A stretch of 64,000 nucleotides of DNA from Octopus vulgaris (Eukaryota), in the NCBI GenBank assembly GCA_951406725.2, contig OX597818.1:47182001-47246000 (forward strand), written 5' to 3'. Positions 39,173-51,233 of the stretch are shown here, one piece after another. The translations under genes were made by a program, and so were the position numbers. Position 1 is the first letter of the stretch. Each line of letters opens with the position of its first letter. The notes below the pieces were generated by a model, which ran no database searches, was not told where the DNA came from, and was given only the letters and a program-made list of their open reading frames with translations.

Positions 39173-39954
39173 CTGTTGAAGATCCCGTTAGGTTAACCAT
39201 CTTCCAGTGGCATAGCTAGAGAGTGTGTCGCTCGATGCTGTTTTTGAGTTTGCTGCCGTTACACGGGCAACATGGCCAATGCAAGCTTATACAATAGACT
39301 CAAAAGTGACCACCCCCACCTATGCTATTGCCAGCTTTATTAATTCAAATAAGGATTTTAAAAAGGGAGTAAACAGTTTGTCTGCAATTTCTCCTTCAAT
39401 TTTATGAAGTTAAAAACAAAATTTTTGCACAAATAAGTCGAAATGTTTAGGTTAAACCGCAAAATAAGTAACAATGTCACATAATGGATTCGCGTAATGT
39501 TGTAGCATTTGAGTTTTATGTTTGGTTTAAAACAAAACCACGATCTAAAGGGAAAGAGTCCACACATTCAAATTCGTCGCATAATTTAGAGTGTCCAAGG
39601 CATAGACATAGTAAAATGGTGCAACATGTCCTTTAATGAAGGTGGAGCTACCGAAAGTCTCTTTGCTCCTGGGTACTGAGAACCTTTGCTATGTTTCTAG
39701 TATAAGGCATTATCTTCCAGTGTTAACCTTCTAAATATATCTCAAAAACATTTGCAGATGGTGGTAGCAAGCTTTAGAAAAAACAAATACTAGAATTCTA
39801 GTATTTATTTCAATTACTTCACCTCTCTGCTAATTGATCTGTGTACATCGGCCCTTAAAATATGAAGTTGGGGGATCTTTTCGGTTTGACAGGCAGTTTT
39901 TTAAAAATAATTTCCACGTAATTAAACACTTTTAAACTTCGTATACTGGTAGAA

Positions 39955-41539
39955 TCTCTTATTATAAAAGGCAGATTTTATCTGCCTCCCTTTGTCTCTT
40001 ATAGAAATCTACAATATAGGATTTCTTCAATTACAATTTACCTAGCATTTTTAAGAGTAGAATACATCGGGTCGTGCCAGGTCCAGTTTTTCAAATTTCA
40101 ACCCCAATTAAGCAACATTTCGAGAAAACTCACATTGTGGTGTGTAAGTGAAGTGCTTTTCTTAGTGTGGGCTACAGCACACACACACACACACAAAAAC
40201 GGAGCGAATTGCTTCACTCATGCTATCACCCTAATTTCTCCTCCTTTCTCTTTGCAAGTGTGCAACGATTAAAGTGAAAGTATTTATATAAAACGGATCA
40301 CTCATGCTATCACCATAATTTCTCATACTTTCTCTTTGCAAGTGTACCTTAAACCACTACTCAAAAAAAAAAACAGCAAACAGAAACAAATAAATACATA
40401 ACGATTTACTCCTCACACAATTTCTTCAATTAGAGTTTACCTATGATTTTTCAAAGTACTTCCATTCGGTCATGACATACAAAATTTCTTTCAATTTTAC
40501 CCCCATTTCAGAAAAGTATAATGAAAATAACATCTAAAGTTATCTCTAAGAAAAAGAAAGATCGCCCAAAAGTGTATATAGATATTTAAATGTATTTATA
40601 TATTCATCTATACACACATGTATGTATAATGTGCGTGTGTATATTTCCATAGAGGTAACCATTCAATCCATACAAAGTTTTTTAGGACGAAAATCTTTAT
40701 ATATAAAAGAAAGGTTGTGTGTCTGTCTACTCCGATTTAGATTCCTAACTACTCCCACATTTTGCGATGCAGTTTAACCAAAACCGGGTATCTTATAGTC
40801 GTGATTCATATCGAGCCCTTCTGGGTATTAGCGCGCGTCTACGATGAGTCTACGATTTTACAAATAATTTACCATCATTTTTTTCCATTTTAATGCATAT
40901 TTTTTAAATAAAGGGAAGTAACTCTCAAACTTCACACCAATATGCGTGCTCATATGCGACGTAATATCACATCAGCAGCATTTCCTCACACCCTCCTTGC
41001 ACTTGGCGTAGGCAAAATACCAGGGGATGAAACTGGTAATATTGCCATCGATTCCATTTGTACCTTTGTTAAGACGCCTTCTGATCTCAGAGATGCAGTG
41101 TTCCCAGATCTACAAGCTAATTATCAGAATATGGATTGGATTGGCCAAAAGGCTATACTGGCCCCGAGGAATAAAACTGTTCACCATATTAATGATGAAA
41201 TGCTAAATCTCATTCCTGGGGAAGTCTATGTATATCAGTCTTTCGATACAACTCCTGACCCAGAGGACGTCATCAACTATCCAATAAAGGTACTCAATTC
41301 CTTTGAGCACCCCGGACTACCACCACACTTTCTCAAACTTAAAGTTGGTGCCCCTATAATGCTCATCAGATATTTGGTTCCCCCAAAACAATGCAATGGC
41401 ACACGTTTGATCGTTAAGTCCTTATCTCCCACCGTAAACTTATATCAATATTTGCCTGAATAATCATCATAATTCAGTGCAATCATTAACAGTACTTTCA
41501 AGCAATTCAGCCCCGAGCAACGCCGGGCAATTCTGCTAG
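39955..41539 (+). mobile_element. Composite non-autonomous Helitron with helicase fragment
   Basis: Inserted at A^T in the MITE sequence GGTAGAA|TGTGTTT with no TSD. 5' TC, second 5' end at 40694, 3' hairpin plus CTAG. Confidence 0.9.
40942..41463 (+). pseudogene. Helitron RepHel Pif1-family helicase fragment (173-aa open frame)
   Basis: MR...VFPDL...AILAPRN...IN...LIPGE...LNS...GLPPHFLKLKVGAPIMLIR...CNGTRLIV are Pif1/Helitron helicase motifs; truncated at both ends. Confidence 0.92.
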
Positions 41540-42457
41540 TGTGTTTATAAAATATCTTTTCCTCTTGGCTTTATTGAGAAGATTCTATGGTTTGTAAGAT
41601 ATTTGTTGTTTTTTTTTTCTTCAATTTCAACTAATCAATGACGTCTATTGAGGTGAAAACATTCTGTGTCGTATGAATATGTCCCTCATTTAAGAAACAG
41701 ATTGGGTTTATTTACATTTCTGAAGAAAAAAAAAGATACCCTTCCCCCACCCCTAACTCTAACTCTAAATCAGATTGAAATGCAATAGATCGATACTAGG
41801 GTCATAATTATGGGTGACAATTTCATATGACATCGCTAGAAAAAACTGCCGGTCAAACCGAAAAGATCCGAAGTTAGGTCCTTAAAAATAAGTAATTATA
41901 ATTAGATAAAACTGCTAGATTTTTGAAATTTGATTTTGGGCCTCTTTATAATATATGCTACAATCCTCGGGTTAGCTTATTCTGGTCCGGAAAGACAAGT
42001 CTTATTTCCCATAATATAAGTACTAACAATCCTCAAAATAGTAGATTAACTGTGCGCACACCTGGAAAAACACAACCAGCTCAATCCTTATAAGAAAATG
42101 GTTTTCCAAGAATGACTCATTATCACTGCTTGCTCCGAACTGACACTCCTAACGGATGTGGCAAATAGGACTGCGTGTTGCTATATCAGTAATGGAGAGT
42201 TGGTAATTTATTTCATGTATATAAATGGCTTGAACCAGTGTGCATTGGATAACAAAATACTAGAGGCCCGACATATATAATTGAAAGATCCAGAAAATTC
42301 ATTTGCACGTGTTTGGGAACTTGGGAAGCGTGTGAAAGCCAGTTTAAACAATAAAAAAAAAATTGAGAAAAGCAAACAACACCAAGATAAATAATAAATA
42401 AACAAATTATATATCTAAAAATATTTAAGAATAAATAAATGAAACAGGCAATTTATA

Positions 42458-42755
42458 TCTTTATATATAAAAGTGAACTTGTGTGTCTGTCTCCTACGAT
42501 TTAGATTCCTAACTACTCCCACATTTTGCAGTGCAGTTTAACCAAAAGCGGGTATCTTATAGTCGTGATTCATATCGAGCCCTTCTGGGTATTAGCGCGC
42601 GTCTACGATGAGTCTACGATTTAAAAAAAAATTACCATCATTTTTTCCCATTTTCAATGCATTTTTTTGCTATTACATAAGGGAAGTAACTCTCTAAAAA
42701 TGCTTATATAGTTATTTCCCTTACAAACCCGAGCAACGCCGGGCGATACTGCTAG
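42458..42755 (+). mobile_element. Non-autonomous Helitron
   Basis: A|TC...CCCGAGCAACGCCGGGCGATACTGCTAG|T; body similar to 23986-24377. Confidence 0.85.
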
Positions 42756-42764
42756 TTTATGATA

Positions 42765-42975
42765 TAAGGCAGCAAGCTAGCAGAATTGTTGGAACGCCGG
42801 GCAAAATGCTTAGCGCCATTTTGTCTGTCTTTCTGTGTTCAAATTCTGTCGAGGTCGACTTTACCTTTCATCCTTTCAGGGTCGGTAAAATAAGTGCCAG
42901 TTGAACACTGAGAACCATGTAATCGACTTATCCCTCTCTCGAAATTGCTGGCCTTGTGCCAAAATTTGAAACCAA
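42765..42975 (+). mobile_element. SINE family B
   Basis: AAGGCAGCAAGCTAGCAGAAT...GTTCAAATTC...GAGGTCGACTTT; a similar copy lies at about 37903-38112. Confidence 0.75.
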
Positions 42976-44984
42976 TATATATTTATTATAGACCGAAATG
43001 GTTAGGGATTAAAGGGTGAATATTGTTGGTGAATTTAATTACTATTAAAAACATAATTAAAAAAACACAGTCATTAGAGCGTCGCATACAGTGCATCGCA
43101 GTTTTTATTCTGGCTTTCGGCGTTCAGAGTTCAGATTACGCCGAGGTCATCTTTATTATTCATTCTTTCGGGGTCCTTAAAATAAGTACCAATCCAGGGT
43201 GGAGGATTGATGGTAAGAACGTCTGACAAGATGCCTAGCGGTATTTGTTCTAGTCCTTTACGTTCTCAGTTCAAATCCCTCTATGATCCACATGGCTGGT
43301 TTAACGTCACCACCGTGAAGTGGTAAGGGTATTTGACTCATGATTGTAAGGTCGTGAGTTCGATTCCTGGCAGTGCGCTGTGTCATTTAGCAAGATATTT
43401 TATTTCATGTTGCTCCAGTCCACTCAGCTGGCAATAATGAGTAGTACTTACAATTCAAAGGGCCAGCCTTGTAACATTTTGGGTCACACTAAGTCTCCCC
43501 GAGAACTACATTAAGGGTACACATGTCGGTGGAGTTTTCAGATGCTTGCACGTTAATTTCACGAGTATGCTTTTCCGTTGATCAGATCAACTGGAACCCT
43601 CATCATCGTGACCGATCGAGTGCTAGTTTAACTTCACCACTTGGCATTTTGGGTACCTATTGCAGAGTCTACTCAGTTAAAAACATTCGAACCAGGCGTC
43701 CACTTTGAACATACTTTCCTCCATCCATCAGTGACGTAGCTAGAGTTATGTGCTGCCCATGGCAGCCCTTAGGTTTGCCGCTGTGCCTCCGGTATTACAG
43801 CCTGCAAACCCAAAGATGCCGTCCCAATAAAAGTGTCGCTCGGGCGGACTATCCCTCTGTAGCAGAAGTGATTTACATTATCATTTTGTGAGATGTTTTC
43901 GTTCTGACTTTTCTTGGCTTAAATACCCAAATATCGGTTCCAAAGCCGTTTTCGTTCCAACAGGTTACATGACCTCGTGATTAAACGAACCTGTGGTTTG
44001 TATTGGTCAGTTTCTACCCATCCAGTCGTGTTGGCAAAACTGTTCATTCTTCCTTACGCGGGAAATTAATCACCAGCTTCTGGGAGCCTACTGATCTCTA
44101 TAGGAACGGCAATTCTCTACAAGAACGGCAATTCTAGGCAGTGGCAGCTCGTAGATAAAATTAGTGGGAGTGCTGCTTCAGAAAATTTTTAGCCATTGTC
44201 TGATGATGAGCCAGGTCTCATGCAGCCTGCTTCTCGAAAAAGGTTGCCCATATCTGATTTAGAACAATAGTAGTTGAGGAACAACAGCCCTGTTGTAAGA
44301 AAGAATAACATGCAGCTTGAAACCAAGATATGATTATTGGAAGGTGACAAAAGATACATAGTAACTTTCAGACGAAACTGCACAGGTCTGAGGCAATTGT
44401 AAAAAACCAAAATTGGTTTGAGTAATAATGTTTGTCTCATAAAAAGTTCGGTCAGAAAGCTCTATAATCGTTGCACAATGCTTAGAGCTGAAGTAAACTA
44501 CTTTAAAAAATATAACAAACCAAATCGAGAGATAGTAAACACTGATAATGGAGTGTACTTCACAGGACAATCCAATACATTATCTTGCCAGATTAGAATA
44601 CACATACTAACATGTCCAAATAAGTATATATTCAATGGGCAATATGTAAGTTTTATTCAATAGGCAATATGTAAACACTTTTTAGAATATAGACGTTAAA
44701 TGGTATGAACATTTTAACAAACTATATCACTTAAAACACTTACTTCACAATATACTGAGACATGGTGATGCAAGCTGATTGGAAAATCAGAACAACGCCC
44801 CAAAAGATCAGAAAAAATCAATGTCTCTTTATCAACATATTAATTGGTTTTGTTGACGATGAGAGACCATGGAAACAAAAATAGATGAAATAGAATAATT
44901 TATGGAATAGAAAAGATGAATTAAATTATTATTAGGGTATGAATATAATGGTGACCGTGTTTTTAAGTGGTGCATAGCTATATA

Positions 44985-45493
44985 CCGTAAATCCTCGAGT
45001 ATAATCCGCCCTTGTGTATAATACGCAGGGGATTTTTAGGGGGCTGTACCTCAGAAAAACCTAAACCTTGTGTATAATACACACCCCTTCTCTAACTTGA
45101 GTCGTGCGTAATTAAGCCAGCAGCACCTCGTCGAAAAAACACTTCCGCGCATGCGTAATACAATAATGGTGATGTTCTTAACTGTTATATGGGAATGTAA
45201 ATATGTTTGCAAATTGTTTTTGTTACATGTTATTCTGTGTTCTGAATACTTTTATTTTAATAAATGTTGCTTATTGCAAGTTATGGATGATCCTTTTATG
45301 ACTTCATTGCTTTCATCCTTTTTCGCACCCGACATCACAAAATGCACCTGAATAAATATTGCCGGACAGCAATTAGAGACTCGGACATTGCTTCGAAAAT
45401 ATTTTTCATTTTTAACCTTGTATATAGTACGCACTAGGGATTTTGACCTTTAAATTTTGGGAAAAAATGCGGATTATACTCGAGGATTTACGG
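44985..45493. mobile_element. Tc1/mariner-superfamily (Tc2/pogo-like) MITE
   Basis: Perfect 25-bp TIR CCGTAAATCCTCGAGTATAATCCGC flanked by TA on both sides. Confidence 0.9.
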
Positions 45494-45833
45494 TAGTTCG
45501 GAAGTTCGCTTCGCAATCACGTTTCCAAGTTAGGTCTAACAGCACAGCACCTTGGGCAAGTATTTTCTCTTTCTAACCTTAGTATTGCTAGTAAACATTA
45601 TCATCAGCCGGGGTTCGGCTCGCCAAAACTCTCCAGTTCCTTCTTTTGTGTTGTGCCGTATGTTTACAATCAACCAGGCTCTTGTTTCCAGACCCTTCTT
45701 TGATGTCGTTCTTTCACAGACATCTTTGACTACCTTCCACTTTTCCTATCAGGATTGTCTTGGGCAATGACCCTAGTAAATATGGATATATAAAAACAGC
45801 GGAAACTCGTCGAATGAATTATATCTATTATTA

Positions 45834-46436
45834 GGACGGCGAGTTGGTAGAAATGTTAGCACGCCGGGCGAAATCCGTAGCCGTATTTCGTCTGCCGCTA
45901 CGTTCTGAGTTCAAATTCCGCCGAGGTCGACTTTGCCTTTCATCCTGTCGGGGTCGATTAAATAAGTACCAGTTACGCACTGGGGTCGATGTAATCGACT
46001 TAATCCGTTTGTCTGTCCTTGTTTGTCCCCTCTGTGTTTGGCCCTTTTGGGTAGCAAAGAATTCATTCTTTCGGGGTCGATAAATTAAATACCAGTTACG
46101 CACTGGGGTCGATGTAATCGACTTAATCCGTTTGTCGGTCCTTGTTTGTCTCCTCTGTGTTTGGCCCCTTGTGGGTAGTAAAGAATTCATTCTTTCGGAG
46201 TCGATTAATTAAGTACCAGTTACGCACTGGGGTCGATGTAATCGACTTAATCTGTTTGTCTGTCCTTGTTTGTCCCCTCTGTGTTTGGCCCCTAGTGGGT
46301 AGTAAAGAATTAATTCTTTCGGGGTCGATAAATTAAGTACCAGTTACGCACTGGGGTCGATGTAATCGACTTAATCCGTTTGTCTGTCCTTGTTTGTCCT
46401 CTCTGTGTTTAGCCCCTTGTGGATAGTAAAGAAATA
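45834..46436 (+). mobile_element. SINE family B with its 3' half repeated four times (124-bp period)
   Basis: One head followed by units restarting at about 46062, 46186 and 46310. Confidence 0.9.
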
Positions 46437-46965
46437 TATATTTATTATCAAGTTTAACAGCACTAGCCGATTTATTTAGAGAAGGGTTTCGCTCTTTCGC
46501 GAGCATTCTGACTAAATCTTAGGATTCTTCCTCAGACGCAATTCTGAATGACTACATAACGCGTTTCCCGGCAATTAAAAGACAAAAGCAGCATATGATA
46601 ATGTAATCACTCAGAATCGTAAGAATGAAGTTTCATTTATTCACATTACAGAGAACCCATGGGAGAGGTTGCAAGCTTAAATCCATCCTAATCTATTTTC
46701 TCAAACGAGACTTAAAAGAGTCTTGTTTCAATTTCCTATTTCAGATGATCTTTGCTTTTAATCTTCGGCCTAGAACAAATCGTCTCCTTGACTACCCGTA
46801 TAAAAACCATACAGAGACTATCTTTACAGAGATTATCGGCTTCACTACATTGATCTGCATTATAACGTTGCTATCACAATTTCAATTCCCTGAGATTTGA
46901 ATGTAATCTGGTAATCGGACACCAAAGGGATTCGGCCAGCTGTGACTGCCATATATAATTGAAGC

Positions 46966-47569
<604 letters not shown>

Positions 47570-47674
47570 AGAGAGAGAGAGTTTGTTTCTTTTTTCTTTT
47601 CTTAATTGGTTTTTACACCTGATATCATGTTACACTGAAAATCTTAGAAGTTAATTCTTGAATGCTGGCTAACG

Positions 47675-47757
47675 CTCTGGCGGCCAGATACTAGCGACTG
47701 AGGACAAGCCTAGAAGCTCGAAACTGAGTCAGTCTCGCGATCCTGTGTCTGCTAGAG
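47675..47757 (+). ncRNA. Type I hammerhead ribozyme (full fold, predicted GUC cleavage after 47734)
   Basis: Stem I GCGA/TCGC, extended past an internal loop by CAGATAC/GTGTCTG; core CTGAGGA at 47698-47704; stem II (A)AGC/GCT(C); GAAA; stem III ACTG/CAGT; GTC site. The closing pair of stem II is an A-C mismatch. Confidence 0.7.
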
Positions 47758-47842
47758 AATGGTAGGGGTTCGCTCCCCCTGCTGGCACGTTGGCGATTTT
47801 CTTTCTCCGTCTTCCCTTCCTTGGGCCTTTCCCTTTTCTATG

Positions 47843-47875
47843 TTTCTGACGAAGAGCTCCGCTCGAAACGTTAAA
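47843..47875 (+). ncRNA. Minimal hammerhead ribozyme motif (palindromic stem III)
   Basis: TTT-CTGACGA-A-GAGC-tcc-GCTC-GAAAC-GTT-AAA. Confidence 0.6.
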
Positions 47876-47997
47876 TCCTTCTTTCTTTGCTTTCCTGAGC
47901 GTCCAATAACACTATACTTATTCCACGTCCTCGCCTTGTGTTTTCTCTGTTCATTTTGGGATTCACTATATACATACATACATACATAAATCCATAC

Positions 47998-48054
<57 letters not shown>

Positions 48055-48132
48055 GCAGTGTCACACCGATAACCAGGTGGCAGCCTATCTGCTTAGGGTT
48101 AATGAAACAGCCACTTGTTAGTTAGTATAGTT

Positions 48133-48681
48133 CAGCAGTTCTCAAACTTTCCAAAAACTTTTCGTGCCGGTCCCCTTATAGTTTTTTCGATGATTCGCGG
48201 TCCCCTATAAAATGCGGGATAATCAACATAGAAAAAAATGACACACGTTCGTGTACCGTAATTTCCGGACTATAAACCGCACTGCCTATAGACCCACAAC
48301 CCCGAAAATCCCAACTTAATCCAAGCAATTCCCCGTTAGGATACAATAAATGCACATGAAAATATGGGGAATCGGTTGATTAATTGGTTACAAAATAAAT
48401 TTGAAACGAAAAATACGGACAGTGCATGCACGATCAGCCGTTATACCCACATATTTTCCATCGGTCAATCATACTTGTACAAGTGTGATCAGTAAATGAG
48501 CGTGTAGAAGTGACGTGGGGTTTTGAGGCCGACGACGAAAAGGATGATAGCATGCGTAAAAATTGAAAGTCTTGAAATTTCAAAACTTAATTGTCTCAAG
48601 CCACCCCGTTTTCACGATACTTCAGTGTCCCTTCGCGGTGTCCCTAAAATTGATTCACGGCCCCCAGTTTGAGAACCACTT
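48133..48681. mobile_element. hAT (Charlie-like) MITE
   Basis: TIR CAGCAGTTCTCAAAC / GTTTGAGAACCACT; perfect 8-bp TSD GTATAGTT. Confidence 0.85.
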
Positions 48682-48754
48682 GTATAGTTACTACTCTGAT
48701 ATCGTCTTGAGATTTTACGACTAGCTATTTTGCTTGTTATATATATATATACAT

Positions 48755-49530
48755 ATGCTGAAAAATTCCAAGCCCTGCGCTACCAGCATCCAAAACTGAA
48801 TATGAAACTTACAGAGTACACCGGTCCACAGGGAATTTCAATCCCAGAGCCTAAATCAGTTAGGGACCTGGATATCGACATGAGTGATGATAGCTCTTTC
48901 CAAGTGCACATTTCCAGGATGGCGACAAAGTGCAGACGACTGGCTGGATGGAACCTAAGAACATTCAGAACCGGAGATAAGGAAACCATGATGGTCCTCT
49001 GGTGGACATTCGTTCTCAGCCGCCTGGTTTACTGCTCACAGGTATGGTCACCCATCAGTGTGAAATTAACAGCGGACCTTGAAGCAATCCAGAGACGATT
49101 CACAAAGAAGATCGTCTCTTTGCAACAGCTCAGCTACTGGGAAAAGGTTGAAACTGCTAAGACTCTATTCCCTGGAGAGAAGACTGGAGAGGTATGCAGT
49201 AATATATATCTGGAAGATCCTGGAAGGAATTGTGCCAAATTTTGGCATTGAAAGCTACACCAATGCCAGAATGGGACGACACTGCATAGTGCCAAAGATC
49301 CCAGCAACGCCATCACGACTTCAGGACCAATTACTGCAACAGCCTGGGTTTCAAGGGCCCACAGTTTTTTAATATTCTCCAAAAGAGTCTGAGGAACTTG
49401 CACAAAGTAGATGTAGGGGTTTTTAAATCAAAGCTGAACCTCTTCATGTCGAGAGTCCCAGATGAAACTACCTCACGGCAAGAGGTGCAAATGAGGGTAG
49501 CTATATCAAACTCCATTCTTCACCAAGTGC
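48755..49530 (+). mobile_element. 3' fragment of a CR1-like LINE ORF2
   Basis: EKFQALRY...VRDLDI...LSRLVYCSQVWSP...LEAIQRRFTK...LSYW, then frameshifted RLKLLRLYSLERRLER. Confidence 0.88.
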
Positions 49531-49775
49531 CACATATTAGAGGCGGCTCTTAGTAATATAGTAAAATATGGATTCAGATAGAATCAAGTACTGGAAAAGA
49601 TATGTACCAGGTAGGGTTTGATAAACCTGTAGTTCCGGCCTATGGTTGGTAAGTATCAAATAGGCTATTCCGGTTGTATACTTCAGAGAAAACCAACTCT
49701 GTGAGTATTTAGCACCTGGAGGTTGATCCAAAGTACGCGTAACGTTGAATTGTACGTTGTTGGTATACTCTGGGG

Positions 49776-50659
49776 CAGTGGTTCCCAACCAGTGGTCCGC
49801 AAAGGTAGGACTGGGAGTCCGTAAACATGTTAAGCTGACAGACCTTTCGATATCCAAGGGACCGTGGGAAAGCTCATTTAAATATGTAGCGGGCGCTTAA
49901 GGGAAAATTCTCTCTCTCTCATATATACATAAGTACAGACGGAGTATAGCCTTCGGTCGCCCTTTTGCATCCTGTTGAGTCCACCACTCTGATGTATATA
50001 TGACGCATACACAGACACACGTTAACCTATAAATAAAATCTTTCTCTTAAACATTCTACCTATTTCTTTACTACCCACAAGGGGCCAAACACAGAGAGGA
50101 TAAACAAGGACAGACAAACGGACTAAGTCAATTATATCGACCCCAGTGTGTAACTGGTACTTATTTAATCGACCCCCGAAAGGATGAAAGGCAAAGTCGA
50201 CCTCGGCGGAATTTGAACTCAGAACGTAGCGGCAGACGGAATACCTATTTCTTTACTACCCACAAGGGGCTAAACACAGAGAGGATAAACAAGGACAGAC
50301 AAACGGACTAAGTCAATTATATCGACCCCAGTGCGTAACTGGTACTTATTTAATCGACCCCGAAAGGATGAAAGGTAAAGTCGACCTCGGCGGAATTTGA
50401 ACCCAGAACGTAACGGCAGACGAAATACCACTAAACATTTCGCCCGGCGTGCTAACGATTCTGCCAGCTCGCCGCCTTAAACATTCTACCCGGTTGTGTC
50501 TCTCTTTTCCTTCTGGCACTTAAACTCATTCATCCTTTTTCGAATTTATTTCTAATCGACCGTGCGATGTACTAAAGGAGCCATTCTCGTCACCTCTCCT
50601 TCGCACGGTCGTTTGCAAATAAAAGGGGTCCTTGGTAGTGAAAAGGTTGGCAACCACTG
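49776..50659. mobile_element. hAT MITE hosting a solo LTR (49885-50617), which hosts a dimeric SINE B (50061-50476)
   Basis: TIR CAGTGGTTCCCAACC / GGTTGGCAACCACTG with TSD CTCT(G/A)GGG; LTR TG...CA with TSD AATA; SINE TSD TTAAACATTCTACC. Confidence 0.88.
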
Positions 50660-50700
50660 CTCTAGGGATCCGACAAGTTAATCCCCTTGGTATATTATAG

Positions 50701-50935
50701 TCAAATGAATGATAACAGACGATGCATAATTGTCAGCTCATTACAGTTGGCTTCGACAGACTTCAGCCACGTCCCTGCTGTATTCTTGGGATATTCTTTT
50801 GCTTGTAAAATATCGTTTCATCTCATGATTACGGTTTTTCGTAATGGAGTAATGTTCTCATTCGTCTAATTAAAAAGATGTGTAAGAAACAGCTGTAATG
50901 AGCTGACAATTACCCATCGTCTGTTATTCATTTGA
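50701..50935. mobile_element. MITE-like element with roughly 50-bp inverted ends
   Basis: TCAAATGAATGATAACAGACGATGCATAATTGTCAGCTCATTACAG versus CTGTAATGAGCTGACAATTACCCATCGTCTGTTATTCATTTGA. Confidence 0.7.
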
Positions 50936-50936
50936 T

Positions 50937-51233
<297 letters not shown>

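Larger units (their letters stand above)
39873..41869. mobile_element. Merlin-like MITE split by a Helitron
   Basis: TIRs GGATCTTTTCGGTTTGAC / GTCAAACCGAAAAGATCC; 9-bp TSD GAAGTT(G/A)GG. Confidence 0.85.

Noticed and set aside
45939-46436. CRISPR-like array
   Set aside because: Units are whole 124-bp duplications of a SINE tail with no unique spacers and no cas genes, in a eukaryotic context. The same applies to the 7.6-8.9 kb array.
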